DNA of 58,013 bases from positions 1 to 58,013 of the forward strand of contig JAFTJI010000077.1 in NCBI GenBank assembly GCA_017456495.1, in the 5' to 3' direction. This DNA comes from Lentisphaeria bacterium. Its GTDB lineage: Bacteria > Verrucomicrobiota > Lentisphaeria > Victivallales > UBA1829. The notes beneath the pieces were generated by a model. The model ran no database searches. It was given only the letters and a program-made list of their open reading frames with translations, and had not been told where the DNA came from. Position 1 is the stretch's first letter, and each line of letters begins with the position of its first letter. Made by a program: the position numbers and the translations under genes. Below are positions 8,951-17,613 of the stretch, piece by piece.

Positions 8951-9877
8951 TCAGGCTCTCGGATGGAACTTTTTATGGATGGATCGCAGTTTCCGGGTAT
9001 CTACATGAGTATAGATCTGAGTCGTCGAAATATCTGCATGTCCAAGCATTTCCTGAATCATTCTCAGGTCTGCTCCATTGGAGAGAAGGTGGGTTGCAAA
9101 AGAGTGGCGGAACGTGTGCGGATGGATCTCTTTTTCAATCCCCGCCTGTTTCGCCGTTTCTTTTACGATCATCCAAATCCGTTCCCGGTCCAGCGGTTTC
9201 CCGCGATATGACAGAAACAGTGCCGTCGTTTCTGATGATTTTTTGTGCAGCGGTCTTACCTTTGTCAGATAACGTTCCACAGCCTGGAGCGCATGGTGTC
9301 CGACAGGAACCAGCCGTTCTTTCGAACCTTTCCCGCAGACTCTCACAACAGAATCATCCCGGTTGATCGACGCTACTGTCAGATCAACCGCCTCCGAAAC
9401 ACGCAGACCGCAGGCGTACATGACTTCCAGTATCGCCCGGTTCCGGATGCTCAGTTCATCTTGGGTATTGACCGGATAAATAGCAAGCATCCGTTCGATT
9501 TCATCTTCCGTGAGGGAATCCGGAAGTGTCCGCCAAATCTTGGGCGCATCCATGACTTCCATAATATTGACCGGGATGATCTTGTCCTGGAAAAGATATC
9601 CGAAGAAGACTTTCAGGCAGACGATCCGGCGCGCCATCGTCGATGCTTCAAACCCGCGCTCTTTGCAGTTGAAAAGATAATCTTCAATATCTTCCCGCTC
9701 AATTTCTTCATAAGACGTGATGCCGGATTCGCAGAGAAATTCAGCAAAATCTTCCAGATCACTCTCATAAGCATCAGACGTGTTCAGACTCAATCCGCGT
9801 TCAATGGCAATATACCCCTTGAACTGACGGATCGGGGAATAAATGGCTTTGTTCGGATTCTCTTCCATCAGCAGCAC
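8951..9877 (-). CDS. xerD: Tyrosine site-specific recombinase XerD (XerC/D family)
   Basis: The N-terminal SAM-like domain has ERGLSLNTSDAYESDL. The catalytic region has HTFRHSFATHLL...GADLRMIQEMLGHADISTTQIYTHV. Confidence 0.85.
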   Translation of the reverse strand: MLLMEENPNKAIYSPIRQFKGYIAIERGLSLNTSDAYESDLEDFAEFLCESGITSYEEIEREDIEDYLFNCKERGFEASTMARRIVCLKVFFGYLFQDKIIPVNIMEVMDAPKIWRTLPDSLTEDEIERMLAIYPVNTQDELSIRNRAILEVMYACGLRVSEAVDLTVASINRDDSVVRVCGKGSKERLVPVGHHALQAVERYLTKVRPLHKKSSETTALFLSYRGKPLDRERIWMIVKETAKQAGIEKEIHPHTFRHSFATHLLSNGADLRMIQEMLGHADISTTQIYTHVDTRKLRSIHKKFHPRA

Positions 9878-9883
9878 CGCAGA

Positions 9884-11551
9884 TCAAAGTCTGAAAATAG
9901 ATCCCAGTTTTTTACCGAGCAGAACCCCCGCCGCCGCAATTGAGGCGCAGAGAAAGAGCATCGTCCAGACTCCGAACGCACATGCTGTATATGAACCTGA
10001 GCCGAGAATCTGCGAAAGCTCAAAGATCGCTCTCGTAATCGGGAAATGCTGCGATTTCTGCGCAAGGATCAGAGAGTCAGAAACTTCCAGCATAGAGAAA
10101 CTGAAGGCAAATAAAGCTCCGACCAGAAGGTTCGCTCCAATCATGGGGAAGACGATCTTCCGGACCGTCTGGAACGGCGTCGCGCCAAATGTTCTCGCAG
10201 CTTCTTCATACTCCAGCGGTGTCTGTTCAAGACCGGCTGCAACGGAACGCAGAACATAAGGCAACCGGCGAACCGCATACGCAACAGAGAGCAGCCAGAC
10301 AGGATTTTCCATGGGATTGAAAAATTCTCTCGCCCAGGAAAATTCAACTGCCATTCCAAGATAGCCGAATGCAACAACAATTCCGGGAACCGCAACCGGA
10401 AGCATGGCAAGTGCATCAAGGATCCAACCGCCGGGTATCTTCCAGCGTTTTGTGATGAACGCAATCACCGTGCCGACCGTCAACGCAAAAAGCATGGCAA
10501 GTCCGGAATAACGCAAACTGTTGATGATCCCGGGAACGACCAGCGGATGAGATAACGCATTGTCATAGTTCAGGAGAGTCCAGTTCTCCGGCAGAATCGT
10601 GGAGTGCCATCTGAGAGAAAATGAGGTCAGGATCAATGCAATGTGGGGCAGGGCGGCAAGGAAGGTGATCAAACCGAAGAACAGTGTCGGAAGGTATTTT
10701 TTCGCACCTTCCAGCTGATCCGCCGCGGTTCCGGCTGTCCCTTTGGAGGAACCGGCACTTTCACTGCGGAGAATCACTTTCGCAAGCAGATACATGATCG
10801 TGGAGATCACAAGCATGACCAGAACCAATGCAAACGGTTCCGGATTGGATTTCAGTTCTGTCAGTCCATTGAAAATCTGAACAGCTGTCGTCCGGTTGTA
10901 ACCGAACATGAGCGGAGTTCCCAACTCCGTGAAACTCCAGATCAGAACAAGACTTCCTCCGGCAAGGATCCCCGGGCGGATCATGGGAAGAGTGATGCAG
11001 AACAATCTGCGGAAAAATCCTGCCCCCATGTTCCGGGCAGCATCCCGCATCGCAGGGTCGATATTCCCCAGTGATGATACCAGATTCAAATACAGAATCG
11101 GATAAAGGTGAAGTGCTTCGATCAGGCAGATCGACCAGAAACGTCCATCGCCTGTCAGAAAGTTGACCCGCTCCATTCCGCAGTTGACTAATATGGTGTT
11201 GATCACTCCGTAATGACCGAGGATCTGCTGGAACCCGAGAGCCCCCACAAACGGCGGCAGGATCATGGGGATCATTGCTGCAATGTGTGCCAAACCCTTT
11301 CCGGGAAAATCAAATCCGTCATAGATCAATGCCATGGGCAGCGCGATAAGAAAAACAAGAAACGTGGTGACAACTGCAATTTTGAACGAGTTGAGCAAGC
11401 CCTGCATATAGACTGCATTTGCAAAAACTTCTTTGACCAGCTGGAGGTCTGACATCCCGCCGAAGATCACTGTCCCGACAGGGAGAATCAGGAACACCGT
11501 CAGAAAGACTGCGGTCAGAAGCGTAACAGCATATTTTGTAAATTTCAGCAT
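9884..11551 (-). CDS. ABC importer permease with two fused transmembrane domains (FbpB/ThiP-like)
   Basis: It has two BPD-transporter-like halves, each with an EAA-type loop (DAARNMGAGFFRRLFCITLP and EEAARTFGATPFQTVRKIVFP). I moved the start to the ATG at 11551 to remove the overlap with the binding-protein gene. Confidence 0.85.
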   Translation of the reverse strand: MLKFTKYAVTLLTAVFLTVFLILPVGTVIFGGMSDLQLVKEVFANAVYMQGLLNSFKIAVVTTFLVFLIALPMALIYDGFDFPGKGLAHIAAMIPMILPPFVGALGFQQILGHYGVINTILVNCGMERVNFLTGDGRFWSICLIEALHLYPILYLNLVSSLGNIDPAMRDAARNMGAGFFRRLFCITLPMIRPGILAGGSLVLIWSFTELGTPLMFGYNRTTAVQIFNGLTELKSNPEPFALVLVMLVISTIMYLLAKVILRSESAGSSKGTAGTAADQLEGAKKYLPTLFFGLITFLAALPHIALILTSFSLRWHSTILPENWTLLNYDNALSHPLVVPGIINSLRYSGLAMLFALTVGTVIAFITKRWKIPGGWILDALAMLPVAVPGIVVAFGYLGMAVEFSWAREFFNPMENPVWLLSVAYAVRRLPYVLRSVAAGLEQTPLEYEEAARTFGATPFQTVRKIVFPMIGANLLVGALFAFSFSMLEVSDSLILAQKSQHFPITRAIFELSQILGSGSYTACAFGVWTMLFLCASIAAAGVLLGKKLGSIFRL

Positions 11552-11555
11552 AAGA

Positions 11556-13136
11556 TCAACGTCCTTCTGCGGCAAGACGCGCCGCGTTCTTGTAATGAGC
11601 CCGCATTTCATCGCGCCATTTCCGTTTCAGACGGACAACGTCACGGGCATTTTCTGCATTCAAACCTTTGGCGGCGGCAGCGGCTTCCGCATAGGTGAAC
11701 GGAAGAGCGTTAAACTCTCTCATCGCTTCCGGAACTTTATCCGGACCGCCGGCTTTGATGATCGCCGCCCAGGCAGCCTGAAGTTCTTCCTGGCAATCCA
11801 GCATGAGAACACGGATCAGATTGCGGAGAAGATCATAATATCTTCCGGTACGTTCCGGACGGTAGACAAAATCTGCTCCGGAGGCGTAAGGATTGTAGTC
11901 CGGATCGGAACGGAACTGACGGAACTGCGGCTGATACAGGGTTTTCAGAACCGGCGGTCTGCGCAGCGCATACTCTTTGGGTCCGCCCGGTGTGCCTGCT
12001 TTGAAACAGAGCGTCTTCTGTCCTTCAGAAAGCATAAATTCGATAAATGCGCGGGCTGCCTGTTTGTTGGGAGCACCGCGAAGCATCTGTACCGGGTCAG
12101 GAGAAACTGCAGTTCCGCCTTTCGGGGTGATGTAGAAGAAATGTGGTGTTCCGAACTGAAGCGTGTTCCACTCCTGTTCCGTCAAACCGTATGTGTCGAT
12201 CGCCATTCCGGCAGCAGCATTTCCGGAGGCTACGTCACGGGTAACTTTCCCTGCTGAATCTGTGATTATAGCAGCGTTGGCAATGATCCGTTTGATCAGA
12301 TTCAAACCATCGCTCCAGCCATCCTGCCAGGTTTTGCCAGGAGTGTTCTCCGCTTCTGCCATGCACTGTTGAACGACAATTTCAAAACATTTGTTGGCAG
12401 AACCGGATTTTGAGGGGTCGGCAACAGCCAGATTATTGAAAAATCTGGGATCTCCAAGGTCTGCCCAGCGAACTGGCTTCTCTTTATTTTTCATCTCCGC
12501 GATCCGGTCGGTATTGATACAGATCCCGAAAGTGGAAAGACATAAGCCATAGTAGAGACCGTTGCGGTCATAGATTTTTTCACCGCCGAACGTCGACGGC
12601 ATTTTATCCGCTGTCAGATAAGACGGATCTACGTTTGCATTGACGGCAAATCCGCGGGAAGCCTGACGGGATAAGTCAAACACTCCGCCGCCGTACATCA
12701 GGTCAATTCCGATCCCGACATCAGATGAGAGAAACAGTTTCCGTGCCTTTTTGACGTTCGGATCCGCGTTCGGATTTTTGTCGGTGGAGGGATCTGCAAA
12801 ACCGGTAGCAACGGCAGGTGTCCAGGGGATCCCATTCTCTTCACAAACTGCTCTGAACTCAATTTTATATCTGTCGGCAATAAAACGGATGATATCAGAT
12901 GTCCCGCCGGGAGCCCGGAAGTCCAGAATAATATCTTTCCCGTATTTCTTCTTGTAATATGCCCGGAATGCATTGCCGGTTTCTGTCTTGATGGAATCAG
13001 AGTGCGGTGTGATAATAACAAGCCGTTCCGTTCCCGGAGGGGGAATCACCGGCGCAGCCCCCTTATCCCGCAGCAGAATCGGCGGGAGCAGGATCACTGC
13101 AAAAATAATCAGGATAGTAAGGATTTTTGTTTTCAT
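11556..13136 (-). CDS. ABC transporter substrate-binding protein, unusually long (526 aa), with an uncleaved-looking N-terminal anchor
   Basis: The call rests on its position between the permease and the ATPase, the hydrophobic N-terminus MKTKILTILIIFAVILLPPILL (no lipobox Cys), and an iron/thiamine/polyamine-type SBP-like sequence. The substrate is unknown. Confidence 0.65.
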   Translation of the reverse strand: MKTKILTILIIFAVILLPPILLRDKGAAPVIPPPGTERLVIITPHSDSIKTETGNAFRAYYKKKYGKDIILDFRAPGGTSDIIRFIADRYKIEFRAVCEENGIPWTPAVATGFADPSTDKNPNADPNVKKARKLFLSSDVGIGIDLMYGGGVFDLSRQASRGFAVNANVDPSYLTADKMPSTFGGEKIYDRNGLYYGLCLSTFGICINTDRIAEMKNKEKPVRWADLGDPRFFNNLAVADPSKSGSANKCFEIVVQQCMAEAENTPGKTWQDGWSDGLNLIKRIIANAAIITDSAGKVTRDVASGNAAAGMAIDTYGLTEQEWNTLQFGTPHFFYITPKGGTAVSPDPVQMLRGAPNKQAARAFIEFMLSEGQKTLCFKAGTPGGPKEYALRRPPVLKTLYQPQFRQFRSDPDYNPYASGADFVYRPERTGRYYDLLRNLIRVLMLDCQEELQAAWAAIIKAGGPDKVPEAMREFNALPFTYAEAAAAAKGLNAENARDVVRLKRKWRDEMRAHYKNAARLAAEGR

Positions 13137-14194
13137 TTGCAGCTCCCGGGGAGAAGAACGATATTTTCAGGAGCAACGAAAAGTTCGTATTCCCGATGAA
13201 ATTCTCTGATGGGCGGGAACGTTTCACTGACAGTCAGACTTCCGCAGACAGAATCCAGAAGCCACTCGGTACGTTCCCCAAGGTATGTTCCTTCTTTTAA
13301 AGTCGCTTTGATGGAAACTTCTGAATCGTTGTTCCGGTTGAAACTGAATGCCGGAGGACGGATCATGACTTCCGCTTCAGTTCCGGGAGCAACTTCTTTT
13401 TCGCATTGGAACGGCAGAACCCCGAGAGCCGTTTCAATTTTTTTTCCATCCAGAATTTTGCCCGGAAGGATATTTGCATCTCCCAGAAAACAGGCAACAA
13501 ATCTGTCTGCCGGCGTGCAGTAAAGTTCACGCGGGGTTCCTGTCTGATGAAGAATCCCGTTATTGAGAACCGCGATCCTGTCTGCCATACTCAGAGCTTC
13601 CCGGCGGTCATGGGTTACATAAATGGAGGTAAGAGAACGTTCTTTGCAGATCCGGCGGATTTCCAGCCGCATCTCATCACGGAGCCGGGCATCAAGGTTG
13701 GAGAGCGGTTCATCCAGAAGAAGAACCGCCGGGTCAACTGCCAGCGCACGGGCGAGTGCCACGCGCTGCTGCTGCCCGCCGGAAAGAGACTGGATCTTAC
13801 GGTCCGCAAAATCTGCCAGTCTGACATGATCCAAAGCCTCAAGTGCCCGTTTTCTGATCTCCTGAGAGCTCAATCCGCCCATGGCTTTCAAGCCGAACTC
13901 CACATTTTCCTGAACGTTCATGATGGGCCAGAGAGCATAATTCTGGAAAACCATTGCCGCACGGCGTTTTTCCGGTGCCAGGTCTGTGATGTCTTTTCCG
14001 TCAAAGAAAATTTTTCCGCTGTCAGGAGTAAGAAGACCGGCAATGGTTCTGAGAAGTGTTGATTTTCCACAGCCGGAAGACCCCAGCAGGAAGAAAATCT
14101 CGCCGGGATTCACCGTGAGATTGATTGGTTCAAGAACTTTTTTCCCTTTGACGTAAGATTTGGAAATTCCGCGAATCTCAACTTGTGATCCCAT
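13133..14194 (-). CDS. ABC transporter ATP-binding protein (PotA/FbpC-like with a C-terminal regulatory domain)
   Basis: Walker A GSSGCGKST, signature LSGGQQQRVALARAL and Walker B LLLDEPLSNLD. Confidence 0.92.
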   Translation of the reverse strand: MGSQVEIRGISKSYVKGKKVLEPINLTVNPGEIFFLLGSSGCGKSTLLRTIAGLLTPDSGKIFFDGKDITDLAPEKRRAAMVFQNYALWPIMNVQENVEFGLKAMGGLSSQEIRKRALEALDHVRLADFADRKIQSLSGGQQQRVALARALAVDPAVLLLDEPLSNLDARLRDEMRLEIRRICKERSLTSIYVTHDRREALSMADRIAVLNNGILHQTGTPRELYCTPADRFVACFLGDANILPGKILDGKKIETALGVLPFQCEKEVAPGTEAEVMIRPPAFSFNRNNDSEVSIKATLKEGTYLGERTEWLLDSVCGSLTVSETFPPIREFHREYELFVAPENIVLLPGSCK

Positions 14195-14215
14195 TTGATC
14201 CAGCTCCTTTGAAAA

Positions 14216-14509
14216 TTACAGCCCCAGCTCTTTCATGATGATTTCAGCGGGCGTTAAATATTTTTTTTCGGAATTACATTCCTTGCAGCAGGGAACAACA
14301 TTGCCTCTGGTCGATTTCCCGCCGCGGACAACCGGAACAATGTGATCCATGGTCAACTCTTCCGGTTTGAATTTTTTCTTGCAATAATAACAAATCCCGG
14401 TGGAGAGCTGCTGCTTCCACCAGGACGAATTACGCAGCTCCCGGGCTTTTGCACGCTCCCGGGAGACATGTGCGTCATCTTTTTGTATGTCGATCCAATC
14501 GTCTGACAT
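14216..14509 (-). CDS. Small stand-alone HNH endonuclease-domain protein (97 aa)
   Basis: CYYCKKKF...DHIVPVVRGGKSTRGNVVPCCKECNSEKK is a Cys4/HNH motif. The gene lies 3 nt from leuD and 21 nt from the ABC ATPase gene. Confidence 0.8.
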   Translation of the reverse strand: MSDDWIDIQKDDAHVSRERAKARELRNSSWWKQQLSTGICYYCKKKFKPEELTMDHIVPVVRGGKSTRGNVVPCCKECNSEKKYLTPAEIIMKELGL

Positions 14510-14512
14510 ATC

Positions 14513-15037
14513 TCAATACTTCTTGTCAGCGTAGTCGACCCAGCCGCCGGCTTTCACCAGCTCAAAGTCGAATTTGCCAACTTCAAATTTGTATTCTTTG
14601 GTCACTCCGCTGCCGGAGATCGTGAAGACAAGCTTGTCGAGGTCGGTGGAACATTCCGCTTCGCCGCCTGCAAAAGTCTTGAAAATATCATCAATTGCTT
14701 CGGGTGAAAGCTGGATTGCCATCAAACCGCAGTTGAACATATTCTGACGGAAGATACGGGCAAAGTTTTCTGCGATCACAAGGTTGATCCCGTTGCATTC
14801 CAGAACCCAGGGAGCATGTTCACGGGAGGAACCGCAGCCGAAGTTTGCACGGGTGATGATCACACTCTTTCCGGCAACATCAGTCTTCGGATTGAACGGA
14901 GGAAGGTTCAAATCTTCCAGACAGTAGGGCTTGAGGGCTTCCTTCGTCAATTCTGTCAGATATTTCGCAGGAATGATTTCATCCGTATTGATGTCAGAAC
15001 GATCCAGAAACAGGATTTTACCACTGAAATTTTTCAT
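14513..15037 (-). CDS. leuD: 3-isopropylmalate dehydratase small subunit
   Basis: NTDEIIPAKYL and RANFGCGSSREHAPW. I set the start at the ATG at 15037 (MKNFSGKILF) so that it does not overlap the leuC stop at 15048. Confidence 0.88.
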   Translation of the reverse strand: MKNFSGKILFLDRSDINTDEIIPAKYLTELTKEALKPYCLEDLNLPPFNPKTDVAGKSVIITRANFGCGSSREHAPWVLECNGINLVIAENFARIFRQNMFNCGLMAIQLSPEAIDDIFKTFAGGEAECSTDLDKLVFTISGSGVTKEYKFEVGKFDFELVKAGGWVDYADKKY

Positions 15038-15047
15038 GTTTTCACCC

Positions 15048-16334
15048 TTATCCTTTATAAAGAGGAGAGTTTTTGATGCATCCGGCAATAGCGGTGGCTG
15101 CTGCAGAAGCAGGGCTCATCAGGTGAACCATACCGCCTTTACCCATACGTCCGTTGAAGTTGCGGTTCGTGGTACTTGCACAGACTTCGCCGTTAGCAAG
15201 AACTCCGTTGCTCATACCGAGACATGCACCGCAAGTCGGGTTGGTCACGCAGAATCCGGCATCCATGAAAATCTGGATAATCCCTTCTGCCAGAGCCTGA
15301 CGGAACACCAGCGGGGTCGCGGGAGAAACGATTGCGCGGACATTGGGAGCGATCCGTTTGCCTTTCAGCACAGATGCCGCAATACGAAGGTCTTCCAGAC
15401 GTCCGTTTGTACAGGAGCCGATATAGACCTGATCGACTTTTGTGCCTTCCATCTCACGGATGGTGCGAACCTGGTCGGGCTTGTAGTTGACGGTCATAAC
15501 AGGTTCCAGAGTGGTCACGTCAAAGTCGATGACCTTGAAGTATTCCGCATCATCATCCGGACGCCACTTGGAGTATTCTTTCAGAGCTTCTGCTCTGCTG
15601 CTGAACTCTTTGGAGATGAAACTCCAGAGATAGTCTACTGTCACCATATCGGGATAGCAGCAGCCGCAGGTTCCGCCCGCTTCGATCGCCATGTTGCAGA
15701 GTGTCATACGGGATTCCATTGTGAATCCGTCGATCACAGGACCCGCGAATTCGATGACTTTGTCAGTTGCACCGTTCACGGTCAGCATCTTGATGATGGA
15801 AAGGATAACATCCTTTGCATAAACGCCTTCCGGAAGTGTTCCGGTAACATTGACCTTGATGGTTTCAGGGGCACGCATGGTGCAGACACCCTTGAGGATA
15901 CCGACTTCCAGGTCAGTTGTACCGACACCTGCGGCAAACGCGCCGAATGCACCATGTGTACAGGTGTGGGAGTCACCCATGATGACGGTGAAACCGGGGC
16001 GGACAAATCCCTTTTCCGGGAAGATCGCATGGCAGACACCGTTTTCGCCGATGTCAAAGAAATCCTTGATATCATTCCGTCTTGCCCAGTCGCGGAGCGT
16101 CTTTGCCTGTTCCGCTGTTTTGGAGTCTTTGGACGGAGTGACGTGGTCGATCACAGCCTTGATTTTGGTGGGATCGAAGACTCGGTCTTTGCCCCGTGCA
16201 ACCAGGTCATTGATTGCGATGGGGGTGGTGATTTCATGGCAGAACACTCTGTCGAGGGAGAGGACGGAAACACCCTCTGCCGGAGTATCGATCAGGTGTG
16301 CATCAAAAATTTTCTGTGCTAATGTTTTTCCCAT
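15048..16334 (-). CDS. leuC: 3-isopropylmalate dehydratase large subunit (short, aconitase-family LeuC/HacA type)
   Basis: Aconitase-family blocks VMGDSHTCTHGAFGAFA, IGSCTNGRLEDL and NRNFNGRMG. Confidence 0.9.
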   Translation of the reverse strand: MGKTLAQKIFDAHLIDTPAEGVSVLSLDRVFCHEITTPIAINDLVARGKDRVFDPTKIKAVIDHVTPSKDSKTAEQAKTLRDWARRNDIKDFFDIGENGVCHAIFPEKGFVRPGFTVIMGDSHTCTHGAFGAFAAGVGTTDLEVGILKGVCTMRAPETIKVNVTGTLPEGVYAKDVILSIIKMLTVNGATDKVIEFAGPVIDGFTMESRMTLCNMAIEAGGTCGCCYPDMVTVDYLWSFISKEFSSRAEALKEYSKWRPDDDAEYFKVIDFDVTTLEPVMTVNYKPDQVRTIREMEGTKVDQVYIGSCTNGRLEDLRIAASVLKGKRIAPNVRAIVSPATPLVFRQALAEGIIQIFMDAGFCVTNPTCGACLGMSNGVLANGEVCASTTNRNFNGRMGKGGMVHLMSPASAAATAIAGCIKNSPLYKG

Positions 16335-16346
16335 GTGAGAACCTCA

Positions 16347-17594
16347 TTACTTTTTGGCTTCGATCTTGTCGAAGCCGGTGTAGGGACGCAGAACTTCGGG
16401 GATGACAACGGAACCGTCTTCCTGCTGATAGTTTTCCAGCAGACAGATCACGCAGCGGTCAGTCGCAGCGGTCGCACTGATGGTGTGAACATAACCTTTC
16501 TGTCCGTCTTTGGTCTTGTAACGGATGTTCAGACGGCGGGACTGGAATTCTGTCAGGTTTGTGTTGGAGGTGAGTTCGCGGTAGCCGTTGAAGCTGGGGA
16601 ACCAGCCTTCAATGTCATACTTGCGGTATCCGGGAGCACCCATGTCGCCGACACAGACGTCAACGACGTGGTAGGGAATCCCGAGTTTTTGCAGGATCAG
16701 TTCTTCGTTTTCCAGAGCAAACAGGTGCTGCTTGACGGAGTCTTCCGGCATACAGAAAATGATCTGTTCGACTTTGTGGAACTCATGAACGCGGAAGATA
16801 CCGCGGCTTGCTTTACCGTAGCTTCCGGATTCTGTACGGAAACAGGGGGAGTGAGCAGTATAGCAGAGGGGCAGAGTTTCTGCTTCCAGAACTTCATCGG
16901 TATGATAGCCGACAAGTGTCTGTTCAGAAGTACCGATCAGCGCAAGGTCATCGCGTTCGATCTTGTAGGTCTGGTCTGCAAAGAAGGGAAGATAACCTGT
17001 ACCGAACAGGGTGCGTTCCTTGGCTGCGCTGGGGGTGATGAACGGGGTGAAACCGCGCTTCATCAGTTCAGCCTTGATCCAGGTGTACATCGCATCGCAA
17101 AGGATCGCTCCTTTTCCTTTCCAGTAGTAAAAACCGGACTGAGCGACTTTTGCACCGCGTTTGATGTCGAGAATATCAAGAGATTCACCCAGTTCAACGT
17201 GGTCTTTCACCTTGAAACCGAATTCGGGGATCTTGCCGACAACACGGATTTCTTTGTTTGCCTGATCATCATCTCCATCGGGCACTTCGGGGTCGAGGAT
17301 GTTGGGGAGCCAGGAGAGCTTTTCATCGAGCTGTGCGCCCAGTTCTGCTTCTTTCTGTTCCAGAGCGGTGAGCTCTTCTTTCATTGCCTTGACCTGTTCG
17401 CGTGCTTCGGGGTTCTTACCGCATTCTTTGCTCAAGCGGTTGCGTTCAGCGCGGAGCTGTTCCGCACGGGTCTGAACCGTGCGGCGTTCTGCGTCAATCT
17501 GAACGATTGCATCAATATCCGCATCGGAACCTCTGCGTTTGCAGTTGTCCTTGATGAACTGCGGATTTTCGCGGATATACTTAATATCAATCAT
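16347..17594 (-). CDS. serS: Seryl-tRNA synthetase
   Basis: It has an N-terminal coiled-coil arm and class II motifs (FRTESGSYGKASRGIFRVHEFHKVE, TATAATDRCV...). Confidence 0.93.
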   Translation of the reverse strand: MIDIKYIRENPQFIKDNCKRRGSDADIDAIVQIDAERRTVQTRAEQLRAERNRLSKECGKNPEAREQVKAMKEELTALEQKEAELGAQLDEKLSWLPNILDPEVPDGDDDQANKEIRVVGKIPEFGFKVKDHVELGESLDILDIKRGAKVAQSGFYYWKGKGAILCDAMYTWIKAELMKRGFTPFITPSAAKERTLFGTGYLPFFADQTYKIERDDLALIGTSEQTLVGYHTDEVLEAETLPLCYTAHSPCFRTESGSYGKASRGIFRVHEFHKVEQIIFCMPEDSVKQHLFALENEELILQKLGIPYHVVDVCVGDMGAPGYRKYDIEGWFPSFNGYRELTSNTNLTEFQSRRLNIRYKTKDGQKGYVHTISATAATDRCVICLLENYQQEDGSVVIPEVLRPYTGFDKIEAKK

Positions 17595-17613
17595 GATTCA
17601 CCTGATCTTTCTG

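Noticed and set aside
7491-12257. Plus-strand ORFs 7491-8147, 8382-8795, 8860-9366, 9245-9943, 10643-11074 and 11433-12257.
   Set aside because: Each overlaps purA, xerD or the ABC genes on the opposite strand. None has a motif or a translation signal.
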